DNA of 64,000 nt from an uncultured Chloroflexia bacterium (GTDB taxonomy: Bacteria; Chloroflexota; Limnocylindria; Limnocylindrales; CSP1-4). Positions 35,936 to 45,249 of this stretch are shown piece by piece. A program made the position numbers and the translations under genes. Position 1 is the first letter of the stretch; every line of letters begins with the position of its first letter. The stretch lies in assembly GCA_963706095.1 (NCBI GenBank), contig OY970149.1, positions 1,859,398 to 1,923,397 on the forward strand, in the 5' to 3' direction. The notes under the pieces are model-generated. The model was given only the letters and a program-made list of their open reading frames with translations. It was not told the origin of the DNA and did not search any database.

Positions 35936-37284
35936 ATGGCCATCAACACGATGCGCGCATCGGGTCAGATGGACCTGCTGCGCTTCTCCACCGCCGGCTC
36001 GGTCGACGACGGCAAGAGCACGCTCATCGGCCGCCTGCTGTACGACTCCAAGGGCATCTTCGAGGACCAGCTCGCCGCGATCGAGCAGACCAGCCAGCGA
36101 CGCGGCAACACCAGGTCGATCTGGCGCTGCTGACCGACGGCCTGCGCGCCGAGCGCGAGCAGGGCATCACGATCGACGTGGCCTACCGCTACTTCGCCAC
36201 GCCGCGGCGCAAGTTCATCATCGCCGACACGCCGGGCCACGTCCAGTACACGCGCAACATGGTCACGGGCGCCTCGACGGCGGACCTCGCGATCGTGCTC
36301 ATCGACGCGCGCAAGGGCGTCGCTCGAGCAGTCACGCCGCCACGCCTTCATCGCCGCGCTGCTGGGCATCCCGCACATCGTCGTCGCGGTCAACAAGATG
36401 GACCTCGTCGACTACAAGCGAGGAGGTCTTCGAGCAGATCACCGACGAGTTCGCGGCATGGGCGGCCAAGCTCGACGTCCACGACATCACCGTTCATCCC
36501 GATCAGCGCTCTCCACGGCGACAACGTGGTCGCGCGCTCGCTGACGATGCCCTGGTATCAGGGGCCGTCGCTGCTCTACCACCTCGAGCACGTGCTACAT
36601 CGCTCCGATCGGAACCTGATCGACACCCGCTTCCCGGTGCAGTGGATCATCCGTCCGCAGACGGACGAGCACCACGACTACCGCGGCTATGCCGGCCAGG
36701 TCGCGACGGGCGTCGTTCCGAAAGGGCGACGAGGTCATCATCCTGCCGTCGGGCAAGCGCACGCCGTATCACGCGCATCGAGACGTTCGACGGCGAGGTC
36801 GAGGCGGCCATCCCGCCGATGTCCGTCTCGATGCTGCTCGAGGACGACATCGACATCTAGCCGCGGCGACATGATCTGCCGCCCCACAACCAGCCCACGG
36901 TCACGCACCGAGCTCGAGGCGATGATCTGCTGGATGACCGACGCGCCGCTCGAGCCCGGCGGTCGCTACGTGCTCAAGCACACGACGCGCACCGTCCGGG
37001 CCATCGTCGACGACCTGCGCTACCGCATCGACGTCAACACGCTCCATCGCGACGAGGCTGCCGTGGCACTGGACCTCAACGAGATCGGCCGCGTGCACCT
37101 GCGCACGAGCACGCCGCTGATGCTCGACGAGTACCGGCTCAACCGCCAGACGGGCAGCTTCATCCTCATCGACGAGACGACCAACGACACGGTCGGCGCG
37201 GGCATGATCGTCAGTCCGGGCACGTCCGCCGCCGGCGCGGACGATGTGGCCGACGACCTCTCCGAGGCCTCCGCGGCCGCGTAG
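35936..37284 (+). pseudogene. cysN: Sulfate adenylyltransferase subunit 1 (CysN GTPase), reading frame interrupted by at least 7 single-nt indels
   Basis: CysN-like pieces are split over ORFs 35564..36133, 35410..37284 and 36689..36874. Frame switches at ~36111, 36322, 36419, 36492, ~36718, 36767 and 36858 restore [62 protein letters not shown] and the C-terminal beta-barrel domains. The 1349-nt span minus the net 5 inserted nt is 1344 nt, a multiple of 3. Confidence 0.9.
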
Positions 37285-37295
37285 AATCGCCGCCG

Positions 37296-38576
37296 ATGGC
37301 GGCCTCCGGTAATCCGTTCGACGCCCCGCAGGCCTGCCCGTTTGTAGCCCTCGAGCTCGACCGCGACCGGCGCTCGGAGCGGCCCGACTACCGCCACCGC
37401 TGCTTCGCCGAGCCAACGCCTGCGCCACGCTCTATTGCCCACCAGGAGGCGTACTGCCTCTCCCCGGGCTTCTCGGCATGTCCGATCTTCCAGGACTGGG
37501 CACTGCGTGCCGCGGCCCGGCCCATCGGCGCCCCTGCCCCGGCCGCCGCCGCTGGCGCGGCCGCGCTGGCCGGCCTGGCGGCCGTGGGTGGTTCCGCTGC
37601 CACGGACGCTGATGTTGGCCCGACCGTCGAGCCGCCAATCGACGATGAGCTGCCGCCGCTGCCGCCCCTCGCGCCGGTAGTGGTCGCGCCGGAGCCGGAG
37701 CCTGGGCCTGCCGAGCCTGAGCCACCGCTGCCTCCGGAGCCATTGCCCGAGGTGGGGCCAGAGCCCGAGGCGGAGCCCAACCGCGTCTTCGCGCCGAGCG
37801 GATTTGGCGACGACTGGGACCAGCTCGGCGAGACCCAGCAGCTCGGTGCATTCGACACCATGCAGTCGCAGACTAGTCTGCCCGGTGCCCTGACCGCGCC
37901 CGTGTCGGAGCCCGAGCCGGCGGCTGGTGAGCGAGATGCCGGCTACGTGCCGCCGCCCGCCCGCCGCGACGATCCGACACCCTTCGTCGAGGACGCGGCG
38001 GTGCCCGCATTCCTGGTCGGGCGGGCGGCCCAGCGGCCGTCGACGACGCTCCCGCCACCCCAATCGCTCGAGCGAGTGACACGCGAGGAGCTCGTGCCCT
38101 CGTGGGAGATCGACGGGCGTTACGGTGCCGAGGCCGCGGGCGTCGATGACAGAGATGGTGGGGGAGGAAGCCGCTTCGACTCGCTACTGACCGCGATTGC
38201 GGTCATAGCCATCCTCGCGCTCGGTGTCGCGGGCGTGCTGTTCCTGCCCGGCCTGCTGGCTGGCGGACCCGCTCCGTCGCGCACGGCGCCGCCATCGGTC
38301 GCTGGTCAGTCGCTCGCGCCGAGCGCGGAGCCGACCTTGGTCGCCAGCCTGGCGCCGACCAGCGTTCCCGCGACAGTCCAACCGAGTGTCGAGCCGACCT
38401 CCGCGACGACGCCCGGATCGAGCCCGCGTTTCTACCGCATCCGTGCCGGCGACACGCTCTTCCGCGTAGCCCGCCGGTTCGACACGACCGTCGAGGCCAT
38501 ACTCGCGGCGAACCCTGAGATCGCCGACCCGAACGACATCTTTGCCGGCCAGGTGATCGTCATTCCCTCACCATGA
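37296..38576 (+). CDS. LysM-domain membrane protein with Cys-containing N-terminal module and Pro/Glu-rich linker
   Basis: ORF 37296..38576, 426 aa. N-terminus has CPF...HRC...C...CPIF, one TM segment (LLTAIAVIAILALGVAGVLFL) and a C-terminal LysM domain (YRIRAGDTLFRVARRFDTTVEAILAANP). Confidence 0.7.
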   Translation: MAASGNPFDAPQACPFVALELDRDRRSERPDYRHRCFAEPTPAPRSIAHQEAYCLSPGFSACPIFQDWALRAAARPIGAPAPAAAAGAAALAGLAAVGGSAATDADVGPTVEPPIDDELPPLPPLAPVVVAPEPEPGPAEPEPPLPPEPLPEVGPEPEAEPNRVFAPSGFGDDWDQLGETQQLGAFDTMQSQTSLPGALTAPVSEPEPAAGERDAGYVPPPARRDDPTPFVEDAAVPAFLVGRAAQRPSTTLPPPQSLERVTREELVPSWEIDGRYGAEAAGVDDRDGGGGSRFDSLLTAIAVIAILALGVAGVLFLPGLLAGGPAPSRTAPPSVAGQSLAPSAEPTLVASLAPTSVPATVQPSVEPTSATTPGSSPRFYRIRAGDTLFRVARRFDTTVEAILAANPEIADPNDIFAGQVIVIPSP

Positions 38577-39646
38577 GCGGCGGCAAGGGCAGTGAGCCAA
38601 CAACCGAGCCGCTGACCTTCGAGGAGCTCCAGCTCGCCGGCCGCAACCGGGGCATGCCGCTCGAGGCGCTGCGCTACGACATCACGCCGACGGGCCTCCA
38701 TTACCTGCTCGTCCATTTCGACATCCCGGCGATCGACGCCGCCACCTGGCGGCTGCGGATCCACGGTGCGGTTGCAGACGAGCTCGACCTGGCGTTCGAG
38801 GACATCCTCGCCCTGCCCCGGCGCAGCGTGACAGTGACGATGGAGTGCGCCGGCAACGGCCGCGCCCGGCTCACGCCGCGGCCGCTCAGCCAGCCGTGGC
38901 TGGTGGAAGCGATCGGGACGGCGCAGTGGACGGGCGCGTCGCTGCGCGATGTCATGGCATTTTCCGGGCTCGCCCCCGACGCGCTCGAGCTGGTCTTCAG
39001 CGGCGCCGATCGCGGCGTCCAGGGCGAGGTCGAGCACGACTACGCGCGCAGCCTGACGCTCGACGAGGCGCTCAACGAGGACGTGCTGCTGGCCTACGAG
39101 ATGAACGGCGCGGCGCTCCAACCGCAACACGGATTCCCGTTGCGCCTGGTCGTGCCGGGCTGGTATGGCATGACCAGCGTCAAGTGGCTGACCTCGATCG
39201 AGGCCGTGCGCGAGCACTTCACCGGCTTTCAGCAGGACACGGCCTATCGCTACATGCAGGACGAGGACGATCCCGGAACGCCGGTCACACGCATCCGGCC
39301 GCGTGCGCTGATGGTCCCGCCGGGCGTGCCCGAGTTCTTCAGCCGGCGCCGGCTGGTCGAGGCGGGCAGCGTCGGGTTGATCGGCCGTGCCTGGTCAGGC
39401 CAGGGCGCGATCGTGCGCGTGGAAGTCGGTGTCGATGGCACGTGGCACGACGCCCAGCTGGCTCCGCCAGTCGGCGACTACGCCTGGTGCGGGTGGTCGT
39501 TCGACTGGCCTGCGCAAACCGGTGACCACGAGCTGACGTGTCGGGCGACCGATTCGGCGGGCAACATCCAGCCCATCGAGCAGCCCTGGAACTGGCAGGG
39601 CATGGGCAACAACATGGCCCAGGCGGTGGCGGTGACGGTCCGCTAG
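38573..39646 (+). CDS. Molybdopterin-dependent oxidoreductase, sulfite-oxidase family
   Basis: ORF 38573..39646, 357 aa. ATGA overlap with the upstream gene. TMECAGNGRA carries the Moco-ligand Cys. A C-terminal Ig-like dimerisation-type domain is present. Confidence 0.8.
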   Translation: MSGGKGSEPTTEPLTFEELQLAGRNRGMPLEALRYDITPTGLHYLLVHFDIPAIDAATWRLRIHGAVADELDLAFEDILALPRRSVTVTMECAGNGRARLTPRPLSQPWLVEAIGTAQWTGASLRDVMAFSGLAPDALELVFSGADRGVQGEVEHDYARSLTLDEALNEDVLLAYEMNGAALQPQHGFPLRLVVPGWYGMTSVKWLTSIEAVREHFTGFQQDTAYRYMQDEDDPGTPVTRIRPRALMVPPGVPEFFSRRRLVEAGSVGLIGRAWSGQGAIVRVEVGVDGTWHDAQLAPPVGDYAWCGWSFDWPAQTGDHELTCRATDSAGNIQPIEQPWNWQGMGNNMAQAVAVTVR

Positions 39647-39972
39647 CGCGGGGTCAGGTTTATCGCGGTGATCTTGCCGGCCTCGACTCGGAACGTCGCG
39701 TCGAGATGCTGTGACGCTGCACCGGGGCGCAGCACCAGCAGGTCGCACTCGTAGTTGACGCCCGTGTCGCGGACCTCGCCCGGGATCATCTTGAGGCCCT
39801 TGTCGGCGCGGACGAACCAGCCACCGGCATTCTCGAGGCCGCGCAGCGTGCGGCTGTTGCCGAGCACGTGCACTCGCATCTCGACCCTGTCATCCATCAG
39901 CTTGAGCGCGGACTCGCGCTCTCCGTTGTTGAGCAGCTCGAAGAACTGCTCCATCGTCTCAACAGCACCCAT
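39643..39972 (-). CDS. SnoaL/NTF2-like small protein
   Basis: ORF 39643..39972, 109 aa. The size and alternating pattern resemble NTF2-like fold proteins. Assignment is weak. Confidence 0.45.
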   Translation of the reverse strand: MGAVETMEQFFELLNNGERESALKLMDDRVEMRVHVLGNSRTLRGLENAGGWFVRADKGLKMIPGEVRDTGVNYECDLLVLRPGAASQHLDATFRVEAGKITAINLTPR

Positions 39973-40019
39973 CTCGCGGCCAGTCTAGCCGCGGACCTTG
40001 GCGCTGGCCCGATGGCGAC

Positions 40020-41756
40020 TCAGTAGCCGCCGCCGGCACCTCCGCCACCGCCACCGCTGCTGCCGCCGGAGAAGCCGCCCGATCCGCCGCTGCCGCTCGA
40101 CGACGGCGAGTTTCCGATCGTGCCCAGGACGTTCATCATGCCGTTGAAGTCGGGCAGGGCGCCCGACGAGAAGAGGCCCGGGGCCATGCCGCCGTAGCCG
40201 GCGTTCGGGCTGCCGTACGTCGCGCTCGAGGCATACCAGACGGGCAGCCACGGGTTGTAGGTCGTCACGCCGTGCGACGCGTCCTCGGCGCTGCGCGAGA
40301 GAACTTCCTCGACCTCGCGGTTGAGGCCCAGCGCCGTGCCCCAGACGACGGCCTGATCGGGCGTCTCGAGCCAGTCGAGGTGGGCTTCCTGGACCACCTG
40401 CTGCATCGATCGCGCCTGCTCCATCGTCTTCTGCAGGGTGCGCCGATACGCGGCGAGCATGGCGTAGATCATTGCCCCGGCCATCGTCCGTGCCGGCATC
40501 GCCCGGGCGATCACGAGGATGACCACGCCGGCCACGATCAGCGAAGCGCCGAGCAGCGTCAGGCCGCCACTCGGCAGGTTGAAGCCGACGATGACCGCGA
40601 TGACTCCGCCGACGAGCGCCAGCCCGCCCCGGCCGGCCCAGCGCGACGTGACCTTCTTGGGCCGCTCGCGGAACCAGCCCTTGTCGACGACGTGGCCCTC
40701 GATCCTCGAATCGAAGGTCGCGACCTTGGCGCCGAACTTGAGCATCTCGTCGGGCTCGATGTATGACCCGCCGGCGGCGCGGGCGATGTCGCCCAGCTCC
40801 TGGTATGCGTACTCCTCAGCCTTGCTGAGCGGGCGGCGGCGGTTGCGCAGCACCTGCGGATCGTTGGTATCGGGATCGTTGAGCTGCGTGCCCGCCTTCT
40901 TGCCGCCGATGCCCAGCACCCCTGCATCCTCCTGGATGAAGGTGATGTAGCCGCGGCTGGCGAGGTCGAGCATGGCCGTGGTCAGTGCGCGGCGCGTGGC
41001 GCCGCCCTCCCAGACGACCGCGCCCGAGGCCGCCGTCAGGTCGGGCGGCGGCGCAGGCATCAGGATCGATGCGTCGTCGAGGTAGACCGGGTCACGGCCG
41101 TAGCGCAGCCACGAGAAGAGCGTCCAGCCGATCAGCAGCAGCGCCAGCACCACGCCGCCGACGCCGACGAGGGCGTCGATCAGGCGGGCGGTTGCGAGCC
41201 GCTGTGCGTGCTCGGGCGTGGCCAGGGCATCGAGCCGCTCCATCGCCGCGAGGAGCGCGCCGTCCTCGTCGCACTCGCGCAGCAGCGGCACCATCGTGTT
41301 GTCGAAGATGTCCTGGCGCTCTTCGTTGGACGCGTATGCAGCGGCGTAGCCCGGAGCGCCGTAGAGATTGACCTGGCCGTTGCCACTGACGTTGGGCAGG
41401 CACGTCTCTCGGTTGGTGTTCCACATGATGGCCATGCCGTCGTCGAACCCGAGCCGGCCGACGCCCCACTGGTCGATCAGCGCCACCGCATCGGAGTTCG
41501 TCGACTCCTCGGTCGAACCGGGCTTGTACTGCGTGTACACGACCAGCTCGGCGCCGGTGCGCTGCTCGATCTCGGTGATGGTCGCCGTCACGCTCGCTTC
41601 GGTCTGGGGCGACAGGATGTCGCCGAAGTCGTAGACGACGCGGTCGGTTTCCGGCGGCGGGAAGGGCGGCCCAGCCGGTGGCTGGGCGAGGACCGTCGCC
41701 GGCAGCGTCAGCAACGCAAGCCAGGCAGCGGCTATCAGTCGGGCGTAGTGCCTCAT
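40020..41756 (-). CDS. TPM-domain / DUF2207-like membrane protein with Gly-rich C-terminal tail
   Basis: Distal 578 codons of ORF 40020..43493. The ATG at 41756 overlaps the stop of the upstream gene (ATGA). Signal peptide, TPM-like region (VVYDFGDILSP...ELVVYT...), TM segments, and the tail ...GSGGSGGFSGGSSGGGGGGAGGGY. Confidence 0.7.
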   Translation of the reverse strand: MRHYARLIAAAWLALLTLPATVLAQPPAGPPFPPPETDRVVYDFGDILSPQTEASVTATITEIEQRTGAELVVYTQYKPGSTEESTNSDAVALIDQWGVGRLGFDDGMAIMWNTNRETCLPNVSGNGQVNLYGAPGYAAAYASNEERQDIFDNTMVPLLRECDEDGALLAAMERLDALATPEHAQRLATARLIDALVGVGGVVLALLLIGWTLFSWLRYGRDPVYLDDASILMPAPPPDLTAASGAVVWEGGATRRALTTAMLDLASRGYITFIQEDAGVLGIGGKKAGTQLNDPDTNDPQVLRNRRRPLSKAEEYAYQELGDIARAAGGSYIEPDEMLKFGAKVATFDSRIEGHVVDKGWFRERPKKVTSRWAGRGGLALVGGVIAVIVGFNLPSGGLTLLGASLIVAGVVILVIARAMPARTMAGAMIYAMLAAYRRTLQKTMEQARSMQQVVQEAHLDWLETPDQAVVWGTALGLNREVEEVLSRSAEDASHGVTTYNPWLPVWYASSATYGSPNAGYGGMAPGLFSSGALPDFNGMMNVLGTIGNSPSSSGSGGSGGFSGGSSGGGGGGAGGGY

Positions 41757-43749
41757 ACGTGCGCGGCCAGTCGCGGGCCGATGGTGCTGTCCGCGCGGAC
41801 GCGGCGGACGAGCTCGGCGGCCTGCTCGTAGCGTCCGAAGCTGGGCATGATGTACGTGCCCTGGACCATCGTCGGCCATCTCGATCGAGCAGCGCGTGGG
41901 CGATATCGAGGCCGATCTCCGCACCACGCTCGCCCGCGCCAGCCATCGCCGCCCGGACCTCGTCGGGGATGGTGATGCCGGGCACCTCGTTGTGCAGGAA
42001 CTCGGCGTGACGCTGCGTGTGCAGCGGCAGAATGCCCAGCAGCACGGGGCGAGGCAGGCCGCTCGGCCAGCGCTTCGAGGCGGCGTCCATGAAGCGGTCC
42101 CATTGCTCGGGCGGCATAGATGGGCTGGGTCATGATCACATCGGCACCGGCGTCGAGCTTGGCGGCGAGGCGCTCCATCTCCTGCTCCAGGTCCTCGGCG
42201 GTTGGGTCCAGCGCGCACGCAACGGTGAACCCGGCCGGCGCGCCGATGGGCTTGCCCGCCTGGTCCTCGCCTCGGTTGAGGCGGCTCAGGATCCCGATCA
42301 GCCCAATCGAGTCGACGTCCCAGATGCCCGGTGCCCGTCGGATAGTCACCGACGCGTGGCGGGTCGCCGGTCAGCGCCAGGATGTCGCGCACGCCGAGCG
42401 CATGGGCGCCCAGCAGCTCCGACTCGAGCGCCATCAGGTTCCTGTCGCGCGTCGTGAAGTGGACGAGGCACTCGAGGTCGAGGTCGTGCTGGATGCCGAA
42501 GGCGACCGCCAAAGCGCCCATTCGCACCCGGGCCATGGCCGAGTCGCTGATGTTGACCAGGTCGACGCCCGCGTCCCGGAGCAGCCGCGCTGCTTCGATG
42601 GTGCGATCGATGCGCACCGAGCGCGGCGGATCGATCTCGACGCTGATCACGAAGCGCTTGTCGTCGAGCAGTCCCGCCAGCCGTGTCGGCGGAGGAGGCT
42701 CGGAGCCTGAGCCACCGGAGCCCGCGGAGCCGGAATACCGCTCCGCGATCGGCGTGCGCGGGCCGGCAAGGCGCTCGGTTGTCGGCTGGCCCAGTCCGCG
42801 ACCGCGGCCGCGCCCATCGTGCGACGCGGTCGCACCGCTCAGGGCGTCGAGTGCCTCGCGCATGTGCCGGATGTGCTCGGGCGTGGTGCCACAACAGCCG
42901 CCGACGATCGTCGCGCCCGCATCGACGAAACGCGCGACGGCCTCACCGAAGTACGCCGGCGGCGCGGCATATACGAACTGGCCCTCGATGCGCTGCGGCA
43001 GACCGGCGTTGGGCACGATCGATCGCGCGAGCCCGGCCGATGGACGGCCCATCTGGACGAGCGCGTCGAGGCAGATCGTCGGCCCGACGCCGCAGTTGAC
43101 GCCGACGGCATCCACGCCGGCCGCGGCGAGCGCGGTCGCGGCCGTCTGCGGGCTGCTGCCGTCGATCGCGAGCAGCTCCTCACCGAACGTCATCTGGGCC
43201 ACGATCGGCAGATCGCACAGAGTTCGCGCCTCGGCCACGCCGAGCAGCAGCTCCTCGAGGTCGCTGAACGTCTCGAACAGGAGCACGTCCGCGCCACCCT
43301 CGAGGAGACCCTCGATCTGCTCGCGGAACGCCTCGCGGCTGCGGCCGTCAGTGAAGCGATCCGGACCATGGACCGGCGCTTCGAGCGGACCGATGCTGCC
43401 GAAGACGAGCACGTCACGCGCTCCGGCAACGTCGCGCGCCTCGCGCGCGATCTGCGCCGCGCGCCGGTTCAGCTTCGCCGCCCGGTCCTGCAAGCCCGAA
43501 CTGGGCGAGGCGCAGCCGGTTCGCGCCGAAGCTGTTTGTCTCGATCGCGTCTGCGCCGGCCTCGATGTACTCGCGATGGATGGCGCCGATCAGGTCCGGC
43601 TGGGTCTCGACCAGCGCGTCGAGCGACGTGCGCTGGGGGATCCCGCGCGCGAAGAGCAGCGTGCCCATGGCTCCATCGAGCAACAGCGGTGCGCGCTGCA
43701 GCCGCTCCTCGAATGCTCGGCGCTGGTGAGAGGTGACGTGGTCGCTCAT
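41753..43749 (-). pseudogene. Bifunctional homocysteine S-methyltransferase / methylenetetrahydrofolate reductase (YitJ-like), interrupted by 5 single-nt insertions
   Basis: Homologous pieces lie in ORFs 43414..43749, 40020..43493, 41753..42349 and 41092..42117. Frame switches are at ~43491-43494, 42326, ~42109, 41883 and 41867. The 1997-nt span minus 5 nt is 1992 nt, a multiple of 3. Confidence 0.85.
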
Positions 43750-43890
43750 CGGTTGCGTAGGTTAGCGTGGGTCCGCGAGGGTCCAGAAGGGCCCGACCGT
43801 ACTGGCCCGGCGTCGCCAGACCGCAGCCCCGAACGAACAACGGCGGCGCGGCGTACCGTCCGCGCGACTGACCAGGAGGGGCGACGGCGT

Positions 43891-45249
43891 TTGGCGACTA
43901 TCGAGCATCCAGAGGCCGCGGCATTCGAAGAGGCCGCGATACGCGGCACCGACCTTCGAGTGTGGCTGATAGCGGCATATGTCGTCACGTTGCTCTCTCT
44001 GCCGCCCGATATCGGCGTATCGGTCGCCGGCGTGGTGCTGTCCGCGTCGCGCCTCGTGCTCCTTGTCGCCATCGTCGCTGCCCTGCTTCAGGCGCGACAG
44101 ACGCGATCAACAGTGGCCACGGTTCCGGGTGTGGTCTGGGTAGGCTGGCTGTTATTCCTGGGTTCGGCGCTGGTGACCACACTGCTCTTTGCGTCGGCTG
44201 ACAGCTTCGCGCGCTATGTCTCGCTGGTGGTTGAGGGGCTGGTCGTTTTCACGCTCGTCTACGCCGCCGGTGCGACACAGGGAGGGGTCAGAACGTTGTC
44301 CGCGGTCTTCGTCGCGACATTGGTCGCTGTCGCGGCGGCGACTCTTCTCCTGGCTCTGGGCGGCTTGCGATACGAGCAAGTATTGGCCGACTTGACTGGC
44401 TCACTGCCCGCGCGCGTGGTCGATCCGCGCTTTGGATTCGAGCGTTTCTCAGGACCGTTTCGCGCGCCGCTCTATTTCGCCATATGGATGACCGCGGGAA
44501 GCGCGCTGCTGCTGCCCGCGATGGCAGCTGGAGCACGTGCAACGCGCGCGCTCGCGCTTGGGGCGTGGGCCGTGCTCTTCGCGGCCGTGATCTCGTTGAC
44601 CCTCAGCCGGATCGCGATCACAGCCATGCTCGTGCTGCCCGGTGTCTACTTCGTGGTGCGTCGTCCGCGCTGGATCGGAACTGTGTTCCTGGCCGCTGCT
44701 TGCGTCGTCGCCCTGGGAATGGGGTTCTTGACGGTGGACCCTTCGTCGGGCATCTCGGAGTCCGGCGCCATGCGCTTGTCGGCATTCGAAGCCACGTTGG
44801 TCGCGCTGCGCACACACCCCGTCTTCGGCTGGGGCCTGCTGAGCGACGTGACCGTCTTGAGCGAAATCATCGGCACCCGCAATTGGGTCGACAACACGTA
44901 CCTGTCGTATCTCGTCACTCTGGGGGTGGCTGGCTGCGCAGGCTTCATCGTGCTGATGGCTGCCATTCTGGCGACGAGTCGGCGAGGGTGGCGGACTCCG
45001 AACGGGCTCGCGCTGGCGATCTCGGTCGTCGCCATCCTGGGCATGGGTCTGCTTGCTTCGATCTTCCAGTCGAGCCAGGGCTACGCCGCGTTCTTCGTCC
45101 TCGCGGCACTTCTATCGGCCGCCGCTCGTCCGCTACGTGAACCTAGGGATCTGCAGATCCTCGGGCCGCAGGCGCCAGCGTCGCCGTCGGACAGCGTCGC
45201 GCACGTTCCAGACCAGGGGATCAGCCGCGAGGTGCAGCCCGGCGCGTAG
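43891..45249 (+). CDS. O-antigen ligase/polymerase-like (Wzy_C-type) membrane protein
   Basis: Distal part of ORF 42382..45249. TTG 43891 lies 10 nt after AGGAGGGG. At least 10 TM segments with a large loop ...SRIAITAMLVLPG.... The upstream 500 codons are antisense to the YitJ-like gene. Confidence 0.6.
   Translation: MATIEHPEAAAFEEAAIRGTDLRVWLIAAYVVTLLSLPPDIGVSVAGVVLSASRLVLLVAIVAALLQARQTRSTVATVPGVVWVGWLLFLGSALVTTLLFASADSFARYVSLVVEGLVVFTLVYAAGATQGGVRTLSAVFVATLVAVAAATLLLALGGLRYEQVLADLTGSLPARVVDPRFGFERFSGPFRAPLYFAIWMTAGSALLLPAMAAGARATRALALGAWAVLFAAVISLTLSRIAITAMLVLPGVYFVVRRPRWIGTVFLAAACVVALGMGFLTVDPSSGISESGAMRLSAFEATLVALRTHPVFGWGLLSDVTVLSEIIGTRNWVDNTYLSYLVTLGVAGCAGFIVLMAAILATSRRGWRTPNGLALAISVVAILGMGLLASIFQSSQGYAAFFVLAALLSAAARPLREPRDLQILGPQAPASPSDSVAHVPDQGISREVQPGA

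Noticed and set aside
36583-36612. A possible extra compensating indel pair in cysN at ...LEHVLHRSDRN... (alternative reading VYIA..).
   Set aside because: The in-frame reading has the same length as homologues and is plausible natural variation. The alternative requires two additional events and has no clear support.
34995-37284. Programmed ribosomal frameshifting as the explanation for the cysDN frame changes.
   Set aside because: There are too many sites (14 or more), in both directions. I found no slippery heptamers or shared motif at the junctions, and no precedent that I know of for these genes.
37540-37790. Repetitive GAGCC/CCGGAG-rich DNA, and similarly the GGC/GCC-rich tract at 40020-40110, as a possible repeat array or CRISPR.
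   Set aside because: They encode low-complexity Pro/Glu-rich and Gly-rich protein linkers inside well-supported ORFs. There is no repeat-spacer architecture.
40020-43493. A 1157-aa ORF that looks like a giant fusion of homocysteine methyltransferase, MTHFR and a TPM/DUF2207 membrane protein.
   Set aside because: Its middle (about 42330-41760) is Arg/Pro-rich nonsense. The real MTHFR sequence continues in the other two frames, and a proper ATG with a signal peptide (MRHYARLIAAAWLALLTLPATVLA) starts the downstream gene at 41756. The ORF is a by-product of the frameshifts.
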